Shown here: positions 19,790 through 29,267 of the stretch, piece by piece | How the letters are laid out: every line of letters starts with the position of its first letter | Position numbering within the stretch: position 1 is the stretch's first letter | Assembly (NCBI GenBank): GCA_964420075.1 | Contig: CAYQRE010000006.1 | Coordinates: forward strand, 74,793-138,792 | Length of the DNA: 64,000 nucleotides | DNA from: an uncultured Thermoanaerobaculia bacterium | GTDB lineage: Bacteria > Acidobacteriota > Thermoanaerobaculia > Multivoradales > SZUA-115 | Direction of reading: 5' to 3' | Program-made: the position numbers and the translations under genes | The notes under the pieces: generated by a model | The model's input: the letters and a program-made list of their open reading frames with translations, nothing else | Told to the model about the DNA's origin: nothing | The model's database searches: none

Positions 19790-20481
19790 GGCGCAGGCGC
19801 CAGGGCCGCAGGCCCCGTGGGCTCGGCGAGGCCCGGTGCCACCAGCTCGGCGAGCACCGCCCGCACTTGCCGGCTGGTCGCTTCCGCCGTACCGGCCGAG
19901 TCGATCACCCGGAAGCGCTCCGGCTCGGCGGCCGCAAGAGCGAGGAAGCCCTGCCGCGCTCGACCGTAGAAGGCGAGGTCTTCGGCATCGAGGCGGTCGA
20001 CCCCGCCGCGCTCGATCCGGCGCGGCGAATGGCCGCGCTGGCGGGCGACTTCGGCCGGCAGGTCGAAGAGCAGGGTGAGGTCGGGCCGCCGGCAGCCGGT
20101 GGCTACCCGGTCCACCATCTCGATGGCGGAGCGCTCGACCCCGCGGCCGGCTCCTTGATAGGCGAGAGTCGAGTCGGTGAAGCGATCACAGAGCACGAGC
20201 TGGCCGGCAGCCAGGGCAGGGTCGATCACCTCCAGCAGGTGCTGGCGACGGCTGGCGAAGACGAGCAGCAGCTCGACCAGGCCGTCGGCGGGCCGCAGAC
20301 CGGTGTCGAGGAAGATCCGTCGCAGCTCGTCGCCGACCGGCGTGCCCCCCGGCTCCTTGGTCGTCAGCACCGAGAACCCCATCGCGCCGAGCCAGCCGGC
20401 GGCCCGTCGCAGGTGGGTGGACTTGCCGCTGCCGTCGAGGCCCTCGAAGGTGATGAATCGGGGCGGATTGCCTTTGCCCAT
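19786..20481 (-). CDS. tmk: Thymidylate kinase
   Basis: Internal ATG 'MGKGNPPRFITFEGLDGSGKSTH' (P-loop), 'VLCDRFTDSTLAYQG' and the LID region. 231 aa. Confidence 0.88.
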   Translation of the reverse strand: MGKGNPPRFITFEGLDGSGKSTHLRRAAGWLGAMGFSVLTTKEPGGTPVGDELRRIFLDTGLRPADGLVELLLVFASRRQHLLEVIDPALAAGQLVLCDRFTDSTLAYQGAGRGVERSAIEMVDRVATGCRRPDLTLLFDLPAEVARQRGHSPRRIERGGVDRLDAEDLAFYGRARQGFLALAAAEPERFRVIDSAGTAEATSRQVRAVLAELVAPGLAEPTGPAALAPAP

Positions 20482-20615
20482 CGAGCCCGGGACGATAGCA
20501 CGGCGTCGATGCTCGGCTTGCTGGCAGGACGCCTCGCCTCGAAATGTCAATGTAACATGGGTCAACAGGGAACGTGGACCGGGTCTTGCTCGTAGGAGTC
20601 GCCAGGAGGCAAGCC

Positions 20616-23600
20616 GTGAGAAGTCTTGCAGCCGGGGCACACCATTGGTGGACCACGTCTCGCCGCGCCGTCGCGCTGCTGCTCCCCATCGCGGCCGTGA
20701 CCTGCGGGGCGCCGGTCGAACCGGCCGGGATCACGCTGCAGCGGCTCGAACGAGGCTCGGTCGCCGCCGTCGCGGGCCTGGAGGCCGGTGACGTGCTTCT
20801 CGCCTGGGCGAGGCATGACGAGGCGGGCGTCGACGGCCCGGCCACGCCCCTCGTCGCGGCTCGCGAGGTCGCCTCGGTGCTGCTGGCGGAGCTGCCGCGA
20901 CACGCCATCGTCCTCTTGGGAGAACGCCAGGGACGCGCCGCGAGGTGGCTGCTCCCCGCCGGCGGCTCGTGGCGCGAAGGGGCGATCGAGGTCCGCGCCC
21001 GCCCCGCCGCCAGCGCCGACAAGGCCACCACCGACAATGCCCCGACCGACGAAGCCACGAGCGACGGCCCTACGGGCAGCCTGGTCGAGGCCCTGCTCGC
21101 TGCCCGGGCGCACCGCGACCACGGTGACCTCGACCAGGCCGCTGCGGCGCTCACCGCGGCCCTGGCCACGCCGGCGAACCAGCCGACGGTGCCACAGCGA
21201 CTGGTGGCGGCGGCGCTCGCCAGCGAGCTCGCCGCCGTGGAGCTCGAGCGCGGCGGGCTCGCCGCGGGCCGCCGGGCCGCCGACACCGCCAGCCGCGTCT
21301 TCAGCGAGCTCGCGCCTCGCAGCCTCGACCTCGCCGAGGTCCTCACCCTCCAGGCCCGCCTCGCCCGGCGCCAGGGCGAAACGGCGGTGGCCGGCGAAGC
21401 CATCGAGCGGGCCGTCGCTCTCGCTGCGGCAGCTGGGCGAGAGAGCACCACCTGGGGGCGAGCCCTGGCGACGGCCAGCGGCCTGCGCCGGCTGCTGGGC
21501 TCACCCGCGGAGGCGGCGAGCGCGGGTCGCCAGGCGGCGGTCGTCCTCGAGCACCTGGCGCCCCGTTCCCGTGACCTCGCGGACGCCCTCCACCGCCAGG
21601 GAATCATTGCTGTCGATGACAACCGTCTCGACGAGGGCGAACAGCTGTTCCGGCGTGCCGCAGCGCTCGCCCAGGCCGAGTGGCCGGACGGACCCGAGAT
21701 GGCCCGCGCCTTCCACAACCTCGGTCTGATCGCCCTGCAGCGCAACGACGCCGATGTCGCTCAGCTGCAGCTCGCCCGCTCGGCGCGCCTGTGGCGACGC
21801 CTGGCACCGCGCTCGATCGACCTCGCCGTCAATCTCAACGCTCTAGCGACGGTGAAGATGGACCTCGGCGACTACCCCGGCGCCGAACGGGCGCTGCACG
21901 AATCGCTCGCCATCTATCGCGCCGTCTCGCCCAAGCACCGGCTGATCGTGCAGACCCTGCAGAACCTCGCGATGGCCACCCGCGACGGCCGGGGGGACCT
22001 GGTGGCAGCCGAGACCTACCTGCGCGAGGCCTTGATGCTCGCCGGCGAGCAGGAGCCCAACAGCCTGCTCTACGCCACCACCCTCAGCCATCTCGGTGAG
22101 CTGGTCGCCCGCCGCGGTGACCTCGGCCGCGCCCTGGTGATCCAGCGCCAGGCCCTGGCGATGGGCCAGCGGATCAGCGAGCGTGATCCCTTCCTGGTCG
22201 ACCTGCTGACCAACCTCGCCGAGACCGAGCGGCAGAGCGGCCAGCTCGCAGCCTGGGCTGAGCATGCCTGCGCCGCCATCGACATCCTCGACGAACGCTT
22301 CGACCACCTCGGCGGCACCGCCAGCCAACAAGCGCTCTTCGCCTCGCAGACGAACGGCGCCTACCGCTCTTGCGTCGCGGCCCTCGCCACTCTCGGGCGG
22401 GCCGAGGCGGCCTTCTCGGCCCTCGAACGGGGCCGGGCCCGGTCGCTGCTCTCTCTGCTCGCCACCCGTCGGCTGACCAATCGCGATCTGCCGCCGGCGA
22501 TCAGCCGCGAGCGCAAGCGATTGGCGACCGCCTACGATGCCACCCAGGACCGGCTGGCCGTCCTCGGGGCGGGCGAAGAGAGCACCGCCGAGGCCCTGCG
22601 AGCTCGCCTCAAGGAGCTGTGGCGCGCCCAGGAGGAGATCTCGGCCACGCTGCGGGACGCCCTGCCGCCGCCGACCTTGGCGGACTCGGCCAGGCCGCTC
22701 GACACCAGCGGCGCGCTTGCCGTCCTCGACCCCGGGACGCTCCTCCTGGCCTTCAGCGTCGGACGGGACGCCTCGTGGGTGCTCGCGCTCTCTCCCGGCC
22801 AGCGCCCCCTGGCGCGCCGCCTGGAGATCGGTGAGCGGGAGCTGCGCCAACGCGTGCGGGAGCTGCGCCAGGGCCTCGAAGACCCCAGCGCGGACCCCGT
22901 GGCCCTCGACCGCCAGGGCCAGGAGCTCTACGCGCTCTTGCTGGCGCCGATCGAGCCGCAGCTCGCCTCTGCCGAGCGCCTGCTGGTCTCCCCGGATGGA
23001 CCGCTCCACAGCCTCCCCTTCGCCGTGCTCGGCCCGCGGTCGGCCCCGCTGGTGTCCCGCTTGCCCATCCATACCGTGCTCTCGGCCTCGGTCTACGCGC
23101 AGCTGCGCCAGGGTCGCGGGGGGACCACGGCGGATCGCCGTGATCAGCTGATCGCCTTCGGCGACCCCAGCTACCGCGCGCCGCGCGGGACGGCTGGCGA
23201 TGCGGAGCCGGTGCTGCGCCTCGCCCTACCGCTCGAGCTGGCGCTCCAGCGCGGCCTGCGCCTGACCGCCCTGCCCGGCAGCCGGCGGGAGGTCGCGGCC
23301 ATCGCCCAGCTGGTCCCCGACGCCAAGGTCTTCTTCGGCAGCGAGGCCAGCGAGGCGCGGGCCCGCAGCGTGGCGCCGCAGGCCCGCTGGCTCCACTTCG
23401 CCTGTCACGCGCTGCTCGACGAGCGACTGCCCCTCAACTCCTCCCTGGCCCTGGCCCAGCCCGACCGCCTGCGCCCGGGGGAGGACAACGGTCTGCTGCA
23501 GGCCTGGGAGATCTTCGCCGGCCTGCAGCTCGACGCCGACCTCGTCACCCTCTCGGCCTGTAACACCGGTCTGGGGCAGGAGGTCTCGGGGGAGGGCTTG

Positions 23601-23834
23601 ATCGGCCTCAGCCGCGCGTTCCAGTATGCCGGGGCGAGGTCCGTCCTGGCCTCCTTGTGGTCGGTCTCCGACCGTGCGACGGCGCGCCTGATGCCCATCT
23701 TCTACCGCCGGCTGCTCGCCGGCGCCGCCAAGGACGAGGCCCTGCGCGAGGCACAGCTGGCGGTCGCGGCGGACCCCGAGACGCGCCATCCATTCCATTG
23801 GGCCGGCTTCGAGCTGCTCGGAGACCGGCGGTAG
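20616..23834 (+). CDS. Lipoprotein with PDZ-like domain, TPR repeats and C-terminal CHAT (caspase-like) protease domain
   Basis: GTG start with AGGAGG RBS 6 nt upstream. N-terminal 'LLLPIAAVTCG' lipobox, then a PDZ-like 'ITLQRLERGSVAAVAGLEAGDVLLAW'. Many TPR-like helical repeats. CHAT His/Cys dyad 'WLHFACHALLD…LVTLSACNTG'. Confidence 0.8.
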   Translation: MRSLAAGAHHWWTTSRRAVALLLPIAAVTCGAPVEPAGITLQRLERGSVAAVAGLEAGDVLLAWARHDEAGVDGPATPLVAAREVASVLLAELPRHAIVLLGERQGRAARWLLPAGGSWREGAIEVRARPAASADKATTDNAPTDEATSDGPTGSLVEALLAARAHRDHGDLDQAAAALTAALATPANQPTVPQRLVAAALASELAAVELERGGLAAGRRAADTASRVFSELAPRSLDLAEVLTLQARLARRQGETAVAGEAIERAVALAAAAGRESTTWGRALATASGLRRLLGSPAEAASAGRQAAVVLEHLAPRSRDLADALHRQGIIAVDDNRLDEGEQLFRRAAALAQAEWPDGPEMARAFHNLGLIALQRNDADVAQLQLARSARLWRRLAPRSIDLAVNLNALATVKMDLGDYPGAERALHESLAIYRAVSPKHRLIVQTLQNLAMATRDGRGDLVAAETYLREALMLAGEQEPNSLLYATTLSHLGELVARRGDLGRALVIQRQALAMGQRISERDPFLVDLLTNLAETERQSGQLAAWAEHACAAIDILDERFDHLGGTASQQALFASQTNGAYRSCVAALATLGRAEAAFSALERGRARSLLSLLATRRLTNRDLPPAISRERKRLATAYDATQDRLAVLGAGEESTAEALRARLKELWRAQEEISATLRDALPPPTLADSARPLDTSGALAVLDPGTLLLAFSVGRDASWVLALSPGQRPLARRLEIGERELRQRVRELRQGLEDPSADPVALDRQGQELYALLLAPIEPQLASAERLLVSPDGPLHSLPFAVLGPRSAPLVSRLPIHTVLSASVYAQLRQGRGGTTADRRDQLIAFGDPSYRAPRGTAGDAEPVLRLALPLELALQRGLRLTALPGSRREVAAIAQLVPDAKVFFGSEASEARARSVAPQARWLHFACHALLDERLPLNSSLALAQPDRLRPGEDNGLLQAWEIFAGLQLDADLVTLSACNTGLGQEVSGEGLIGLSRAFQYAGARSVLASLWSVSDRATARLMPIFYRRLLAGAAKDEALREAQLAVAADPETRHPFHWAGFELLGDRR

Positions 23835-23851
23835 CTGGCGGGAGGTGCACC

Positions 23852-26800
23852 TTGTCGCGACCCTGGAGCAGCCACCTTCGCCGCGCGCTCCCCGGCCTTG
23901 TCGCCGTGCTCCTCGCCATCGTCGCCGGGCGCGGTATCGGCGAGCGAGAGCGGGCCCTGGAAGCCGCTGCGTCGGCTCCTCGCCTGGGGCTCCTCGTCGA
24001 GTCCTGCCGGCCGCTGTCGGCGATCGCCGAGGTCGGGATCGCCGCCGGCGACCGCCTCCTCTCCTGGCAGGAGGAGGGCCACCCCGCCGCGACGCATCCG
24101 CTCGGCACGCCCTTCGACTGGTGGGCGCTCGCCATCGAGGTCCTCCCCCGCACGGCCGTCGTCCTCACCGGCGAACGGCACGGCAAGCCGCAGAGCTGGC
24201 CGCTCGCCGCCGGCCTGGAGCTCGCCGTGGACGATGCGGTCCTCAGCCCGTCCCTGCCCACCGTCCTCGCTGCCCTCGACCGCCAGGCTCGCGCCGCCTT
24301 GGGGGACCGCAACCAGGCGCAGGCCGAGCAGGCCTGGACGCTGGCGGCCGAGGTCGCGAGCGAGCGCGGGCAGCCCCGCCTCGGCGCCTGGCTGCTCGCC
24401 GGAGGGGCCGAGCTGGCGGCGCGCCAGCGCAACGGGCCGGCGGCAGACGCCCTCTATGCAGCGGCGGCCGCGGCCCTTGCCGCCCAGCAGGACGCGGCGA
24501 CGGCGGCGCTGTTACGCCGCTGGGCACGCGCGCTCTTCCAACAAGGTGACCTCAGCCGGGCCCTGAGCACCGCAGAACAGTCGATCACGGCGGCCGAGCG
24601 ACGGGCCTCGCCGGGCCTGGACGAGGCCGAAGGCCGGCTCGCGGCCGGCTACTACCTCAACAAGCAAAGCCGGATCCCCGCCGCCGAAGAGCAGTACCGG
24701 GCCGCCCTCGCGACCTTCGAAAGCCTCGCCCCGGACTCGGCCGGGCGGCTGCTCACGCTCTCCCGGCTCGCCGGCCTGGCGCTGCGCCGAGGAGACCTCG
24801 CGGCCGCCAAGGCCACCCTGGCGCAGGCCAAACCGGCCCTGCCGAGGCTCGCTCCCGGTTCGCCTGTCGCCTCGGCCCTGTTCACCAACCTTGGAGTGGT
24901 GGCGGACTACAGCAGCGACTTCCCCCAGGCCGAGGCCTTCGCTCGGCGGTCGATCGCCATCGACGAGCGCATCGACCCGCAGGGGACCGAGGTCGTCTCG
25001 GGGCTGCTCAACCTCTCGGTGCTGACCCAGCTCAAAGGAGATCTGGGCGAGACCGAGGCGGTGCTGCGGCGGGCCCTGGCGATCCTCGAGCGGCGCGGCA
25101 CCCAGGAGATGTTGCAGGCCCTGGTGCTCAACAACCTGGGGATGCTGAGCAAGGAGCTGGGGGACATCGACGAGGCCGGCCGCTGCTTCCAGCGGGCGGC
25201 CGATCTGCTGCAGGTGCTGGCCCCGGATAGCCCCGAGAGGGCCTTGATGCAGAGCAACCTCGGGGTGATCGCCCTGCGGCGGGATGACTTCGAAGGCGCC
25301 TTCCAGGCCTTCCGCACCGCCGCCGACGACGTCGCGAGGCAAGACCTGCGGGGGCCCGTGGCAAGTCAGCCGCTCATCCACCTGAGCCTCCTCGAGCTGC
25401 GCCGTGGCGAAGACCTCGGGGCTGCCGAGCGCTACCTCGCGAGGGCCGAGGCCATCCACTTCGAGGGCCAGAGCCCGCAGGACCGCGAGCGCCTGCTCGG
25501 CAACGAGATCCGCGCCGAGATCGCCTTGCGGCGCGGCGAGGTGGCCCGGGCGCGCCAGGCGCTCACCGATGCCCTGCGCTTCACCCGCAAGGCCTTCCCG
25601 GGGACCACCAACGAGGCGACGATCCTCGCTCAGACGGCGCGGCTCGAGCGCGATCATGGCAATCCGCACCGCGCCGCCGAGCTCTACTGCGAGGCGACCC
25701 GCGTGCTCGACCACCAGCGCACCCGCCTCGCCGACAGCGACACCCAGCGCCTGCTGTTCAGCGCCACCTACGCCGAGATTTACCAGGACTGTGCCGAGGC
25801 CCTGCTGGCGATCGGCGAGCCCGAGGCGGCCTTTCAAGCCGTCGAACGCGGGCGGGCTCGGCGCTTCTTGAGCCTGCTGCGCGAGCGCGACCTGCGCTTC
25901 GCCGACCTGCCGCCGGAGCTCCTCGCCGAGCGCCAGCGCCTCGACCAGCTCTTCGACCTCACACAGCGCAGCCTCCTCGGCCTGCCCGCCGGCAGCCCGG
26001 AGGCAGCGTCGACGATCGAGGAGCTGCGCGACCTCGAGCGGCAGCGCGAGGTGATCGCCCAGCGCGTCCGTGCCGCCTCGCCCCGCCTCGCCGCGCTCGA
26101 AGACCCCACACCGCTCGACGCCGTCGGTGCCCGCCAGGCCCTCGACCCCGGCACTCTGCTCCTGAGCTTCGTCGTCGGCAAGGAGGCGACGCTGCTCTTC
26201 GTGGTCGCCGGGCCCGGGAGCGGAGGGGCCGCGGCCACCAACCCGGCTGGCCTCGACGCCTACCGCCTGCCCGTCGGCGCGGCGGCGCTCAACGACAGCG
26301 CTCGCCACCTGCGCCAGCTGGCCGAGGACCCCGCCTCCTCGACCGCCGAGCTCGACCCCTTGGCGAGCGAGCTCTACGACCAGCTCCTGAAGCCCGCCGA
26401 GGCACGGATCGCGGCTGCCGACCGCCTGTTGATCTCCGCCGACGGCCCCTTGGCTGGCCTGCCGTTCGCCGTGCTCCGTCACAACGGCCAGTACCTCGCT
26501 CTGAGCAAGCCTCTGCACCGCGCCGCCTCGGCCACCGTCTACGCCGAGGTGCTGCGGCAGCGGGCGGCCCCCAGCGCGGCGCCGCTCGCCGCCTTCGGCG
26601 ACCCCAACTACAGCGGCCTGCGCCACTCGACCCTGGCGCAACAAGACCCGACCCTCACCCGTGCCGCCGCCAACGGCCTCCGTCTCGACCCCTTGCCCGG
26701 TACCCGCAGCGAGGTGGAGGGCATCGCAGCCCTGTTCCCCAACGCCGAGGTCTTCCTGGGCTCGGCCGCTACCGAGGAGGAGGCCCGGCGTGCCTCGCCC

Positions 26801-27256
26801 ACCTCACGGATCATCCACTTCGCCTGCCACGCCGTGCTCGACGAGCGCCTGCCCCTCAACTCGGCGCTGGTCCTCAGCCAGCCCGCGGGCAACACCAGGA
26901 GCGAGAACAACGGTCTGCTCCAGGCCTGGGAGATCTTCGAGAGCCTGCGTCTCGACGCCGACCTGGTGACCCTCTCGGCGTGCAACAGCGGCCTCGGCAG
27001 GGAGCTCAGCGGCGAGGGGATGATCGGCCTCACCCGCGCCTTCCAGTTCGCCGGCGCGCGCACCGTGCTCGCCTCGCTGTGGGCCGTCTCCGACCGCTCG
27101 ACGGCCAAGCTGATGCCCCGCTTCTACGCCCGCCTGCGCGACGGACTGCCGAAGGACGCGGCGCTGCGCGAGGCGCAGCGGGCGCTCGCCGCCGAGCCCG
27201 CTACCGCCCATCCCTTCCACTGGGCGGCCTTCGAGCTGGTGGGGGACTGGCGCTAG
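23852..27256 (+). CDS. Second PDZ–TPR–CHAT protein (tandem paralog)
   Basis: TTG start 18 nt after the stop of the first gene, with GGAGG 7 nt upstream. Same architecture (PDZ-like 'VGIAAGDRLLSW', TPRs, CHAT 'IIHFACHAVLD…LVTLSACNSG'). C-terminal ~250 aa nearly colinear with gene 1. Confidence 0.78.
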   Translation: MSRPWSSHLRRALPGLVAVLLAIVAGRGIGERERALEAAASAPRLGLLVESCRPLSAIAEVGIAAGDRLLSWQEEGHPAATHPLGTPFDWWALAIEVLPRTAVVLTGERHGKPQSWPLAAGLELAVDDAVLSPSLPTVLAALDRQARAALGDRNQAQAEQAWTLAAEVASERGQPRLGAWLLAGGAELAARQRNGPAADALYAAAAAALAAQQDAATAALLRRWARALFQQGDLSRALSTAEQSITAAERRASPGLDEAEGRLAAGYYLNKQSRIPAAEEQYRAALATFESLAPDSAGRLLTLSRLAGLALRRGDLAAAKATLAQAKPALPRLAPGSPVASALFTNLGVVADYSSDFPQAEAFARRSIAIDERIDPQGTEVVSGLLNLSVLTQLKGDLGETEAVLRRALAILERRGTQEMLQALVLNNLGMLSKELGDIDEAGRCFQRAADLLQVLAPDSPERALMQSNLGVIALRRDDFEGAFQAFRTAADDVARQDLRGPVASQPLIHLSLLELRRGEDLGAAERYLARAEAIHFEGQSPQDRERLLGNEIRAEIALRRGEVARARQALTDALRFTRKAFPGTTNEATILAQTARLERDHGNPHRAAELYCEATRVLDHQRTRLADSDTQRLLFSATYAEIYQDCAEALLAIGEPEAAFQAVERGRARRFLSLLRERDLRFADLPPELLAERQRLDQLFDLTQRSLLGLPAGSPEAASTIEELRDLERQREVIAQRVRAASPRLAALEDPTPLDAVGARQALDPGTLLLSFVVGKEATLLFVVAGPGSGGAAATNPAGLDAYRLPVGAAALNDSARHLRQLAEDPASSTAELDPLASELYDQLLKPAEARIAAADRLLISADGPLAGLPFAVLRHNGQYLALSKPLHRAASATVYAEVLRQRAAPSAAPLAAFGDPNYSGLRHSTLAQQDPTLTRAAANGLRLDPLPGTRSEVEGIAALFPNAEVFLGSAATEEEARRASPTSRIIHFACHAVLDERLPLNSALVLSQPAGNTRSENNGLLQAWEIFESLRLDADLVTLSACNSGLGRELSGEGMIGLTRAFQFAGARTVLASLWAVSDRSTAKLMPRFYARLRDGLPKDAALREAQRALAAEPATAHPFHWAAFELVGDWR

Positions 27257-29199
27257 CGCACTGGCGCCCGGCGCGCCCGCAGGCGCTCGATGCCCTGCTG
27301 CGCCGCGGCCGCCAGCGCCACCCACACCAGGGGCTCGATCATCATGCGGAAGCGGTTGTTCTCGCCGTACTCGCCGAGGTTGGCGACGACGGCCACGTAG
27401 AGCACGTTGAACAGGATGAAGAGCAAGGTCGAGTGCGCCGGCTCGCGGGGTTGGCGTAGGGCCCGCCAGGCCGCCGCCGGCAGGAGGGCGAGCACCAGGC
27501 CGAGCCAGAGCCACGACACCCGGCCCAGAAGGTCACGGGTGGGCAGCCAGCGCGAGCGGTGGGAGTGCGTCCCTGGCCACGAAGCGTCGGGAGCACCGTA
27601 GACGAAGCGGCTGTAGAGACGCTCCCAGCCGGCGATCGCCTGGCGCTTGACCCGGAAGGTCGGGTGCTCGGCCGGCGGCGCGAGGAAGATCAGCCCCGCC
27701 CGCAGGACGGCGCGAAGATAGAGGCGAGGGTGGTGCCGGATCACCCGCCAGGCGTCGCGCTCGTACTCCTGCATCACGCGAGCCATCAGCCAGTGGTTCA
27801 GGTTGGGGCCGCCGTCGCGGCGGACGATCCGGCCCGTGGCCCCTTGCCTCTCCAGCAAGGACCGCAGCTGCTCGCTGCCACTGGCGACGGCCGGCAGCCG
27901 GATCGCCGGCTCGAGCTGGAAGCCCAGCCAGCGGACCGCGAGCTGGCGCGAGTCCGGCCCCAGCCCCACGTCGACCGGTGCCGCGGTAGCGGCGTAGCGG
28001 AAGCTCAGCAGGTTGAGCGGCCGGTCGAGCGCTCCCGCCGGCAGGTCGAGCCGCGGCTGGGAGACACCGGCGGGGACTCCCAGACGCGCTACCTCGTGCC
28101 CGTTCACCCGCACCTCCACCCGCTGGGGCGGCGCTCCGGGGTACTCGAACGGCGCCCAACGCAGGGCGAGCGTATGCGCCGCGGCAGAGGGGCCCGGGAG
28201 CACGAACACCGAGACCGGCCCTCTCGACCACAGGGACGGGCCCTCCACCGAGCCCTCGACCTCTTTGCTCCAACCGAGCGGCAGGAAGGCCCAGGCGTTG
28301 CGGTCCGCGAGATCGAGCCCGCCGACCTCCCGTAGGCCCCGCTCCGGCAGGCCCAGTGGATAGCGATCGATCGCCTGGTTGACCGGAAAGAGGGCGAACG
28401 GCGACAGCTCCCCCGCCTCGGCCTCGCGCCACCGCTCCTCGGGGGGCAACAGCTCGGTCGAGATCCGGTAGAGGTTGAGGCCCACGAGGCTCGAGCCGCC
28501 GAACGGGCCGAAGAGCACGGCGTTCTTGAGGTAGAGCCCACCGACGAGGACGACGGGCAGAGCGAGCACCAGGGCTTGGCGCCGGCGCGGCCGGCGTAGC
28601 CCGGCCACCACCACCACGGCCGCCACCACCCACAGCAGGTGAAAGAGGCTCCGGGTCAGGGCCACCGCGGCGATCAGCAGCGCCGTCGCCACCAGCGCGC
28701 CGCGAGCGGCATCCGCGAAGAAGCGGTGCGCCACCGCGGCGAGGGCCAGCAGGAGCACCGCCGTCGGGTAGGTGTACATCGTGTACGTCTCGTAGAGCAG
28801 GCAGGCGGGCCCGACGATGAAGAGCAGCGTCACGAACGCCGCAGCGATGGCGTTGACCCCCAACCGCCGCTGCAGGTGGAACATCAGCCAGGTCATGGCG
28901 AGGCCGAAGGACCAGTAGACGGCCGACATCGCCAGCGAAAAGTCCTCGCCGCCGAGCTTGACCACCAGGCCCACCAGGGCATTGAACAGCGGCGGCTGCG
29001 AGTGCAGCAAGAAGAGGCTCGGGAGCAGGTCCGAGGCCAGCAGGTCGCGGTCCAGCAGGTGCATGGCCGGCAGCTCCTGTGAGCTGCGCACGCCGAGGGC
29101 ATAGACGAGCGCCCGGGTGAAGGCGAAAGCGAGGAAGAGGATCGCGAGGAAGTGCCTGTCGCTCCGCGCGGAACGCAGCGGCCCTCTCGAGGGGCTCAT
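27253..29199 (-). CDS. Hypothetical polytopic membrane protein with large C-terminal extracytoplasmic domain
   Basis: 648-aa ORF with about 9 N-terminal hydrophobic helices, then a soluble domain. Convergent with the CHAT gene and overlapping it by 4 nt. No recognised catalytic motif. Confidence 0.55.
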   Translation of the reverse strand: MSPSRGPLRSARSDRHFLAILFLAFAFTRALVYALGVRSSQELPAMHLLDRDLLASDLLPSLFLLHSQPPLFNALVGLVVKLGGEDFSLAMSAVYWSFGLAMTWLMFHLQRRLGVNAIAAAFVTLLFIVGPACLLYETYTMYTYPTAVLLLALAAVAHRFFADAARGALVATALLIAAVALTRSLFHLLWVVAAVVVVAGLRRPRRRQALVLALPVVLVGGLYLKNAVLFGPFGGSSLVGLNLYRISTELLPPEERWREAEAGELSPFALFPVNQAIDRYPLGLPERGLREVGGLDLADRNAWAFLPLGWSKEVEGSVEGPSLWSRGPVSVFVLPGPSAAAHTLALRWAPFEYPGAPPQRVEVRVNGHEVARLGVPAGVSQPRLDLPAGALDRPLNLLSFRYAATAAPVDVGLGPDSRQLAVRWLGFQLEPAIRLPAVASGSEQLRSLLERQGATGRIVRRDGGPNLNHWLMARVMQEYERDAWRVIRHHPRLYLRAVLRAGLIFLAPPAEHPTFRVKRQAIAGWERLYSRFVYGAPDASWPGTHSHRSRWLPTRDLLGRVSWLWLGLVLALLPAAAWRALRQPREPAHSTLLFILFNVLYVAVVANLGEYGENNRFRMMIEPLVWVALAAAAQQGIERLRARRAPVR

Positions 29200-29267
29200 T
29201 TTTCGATTTTACTCGACGTCGTAATTCTAGTCAGGCAGGACGCGCCGCAGCCGGCGCCACGCTTCGC

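Noticed and set aside
24512-28633. 710-aa ORF 24512..26644 −, 366-aa ORF 27533..28633 −, and several 150–250-aa ORFs inside the CHAT genes
   Set aside because: Antisense to the two PDZ–TPR–CHAT genes and the membrane protein. No motifs and extreme composition.
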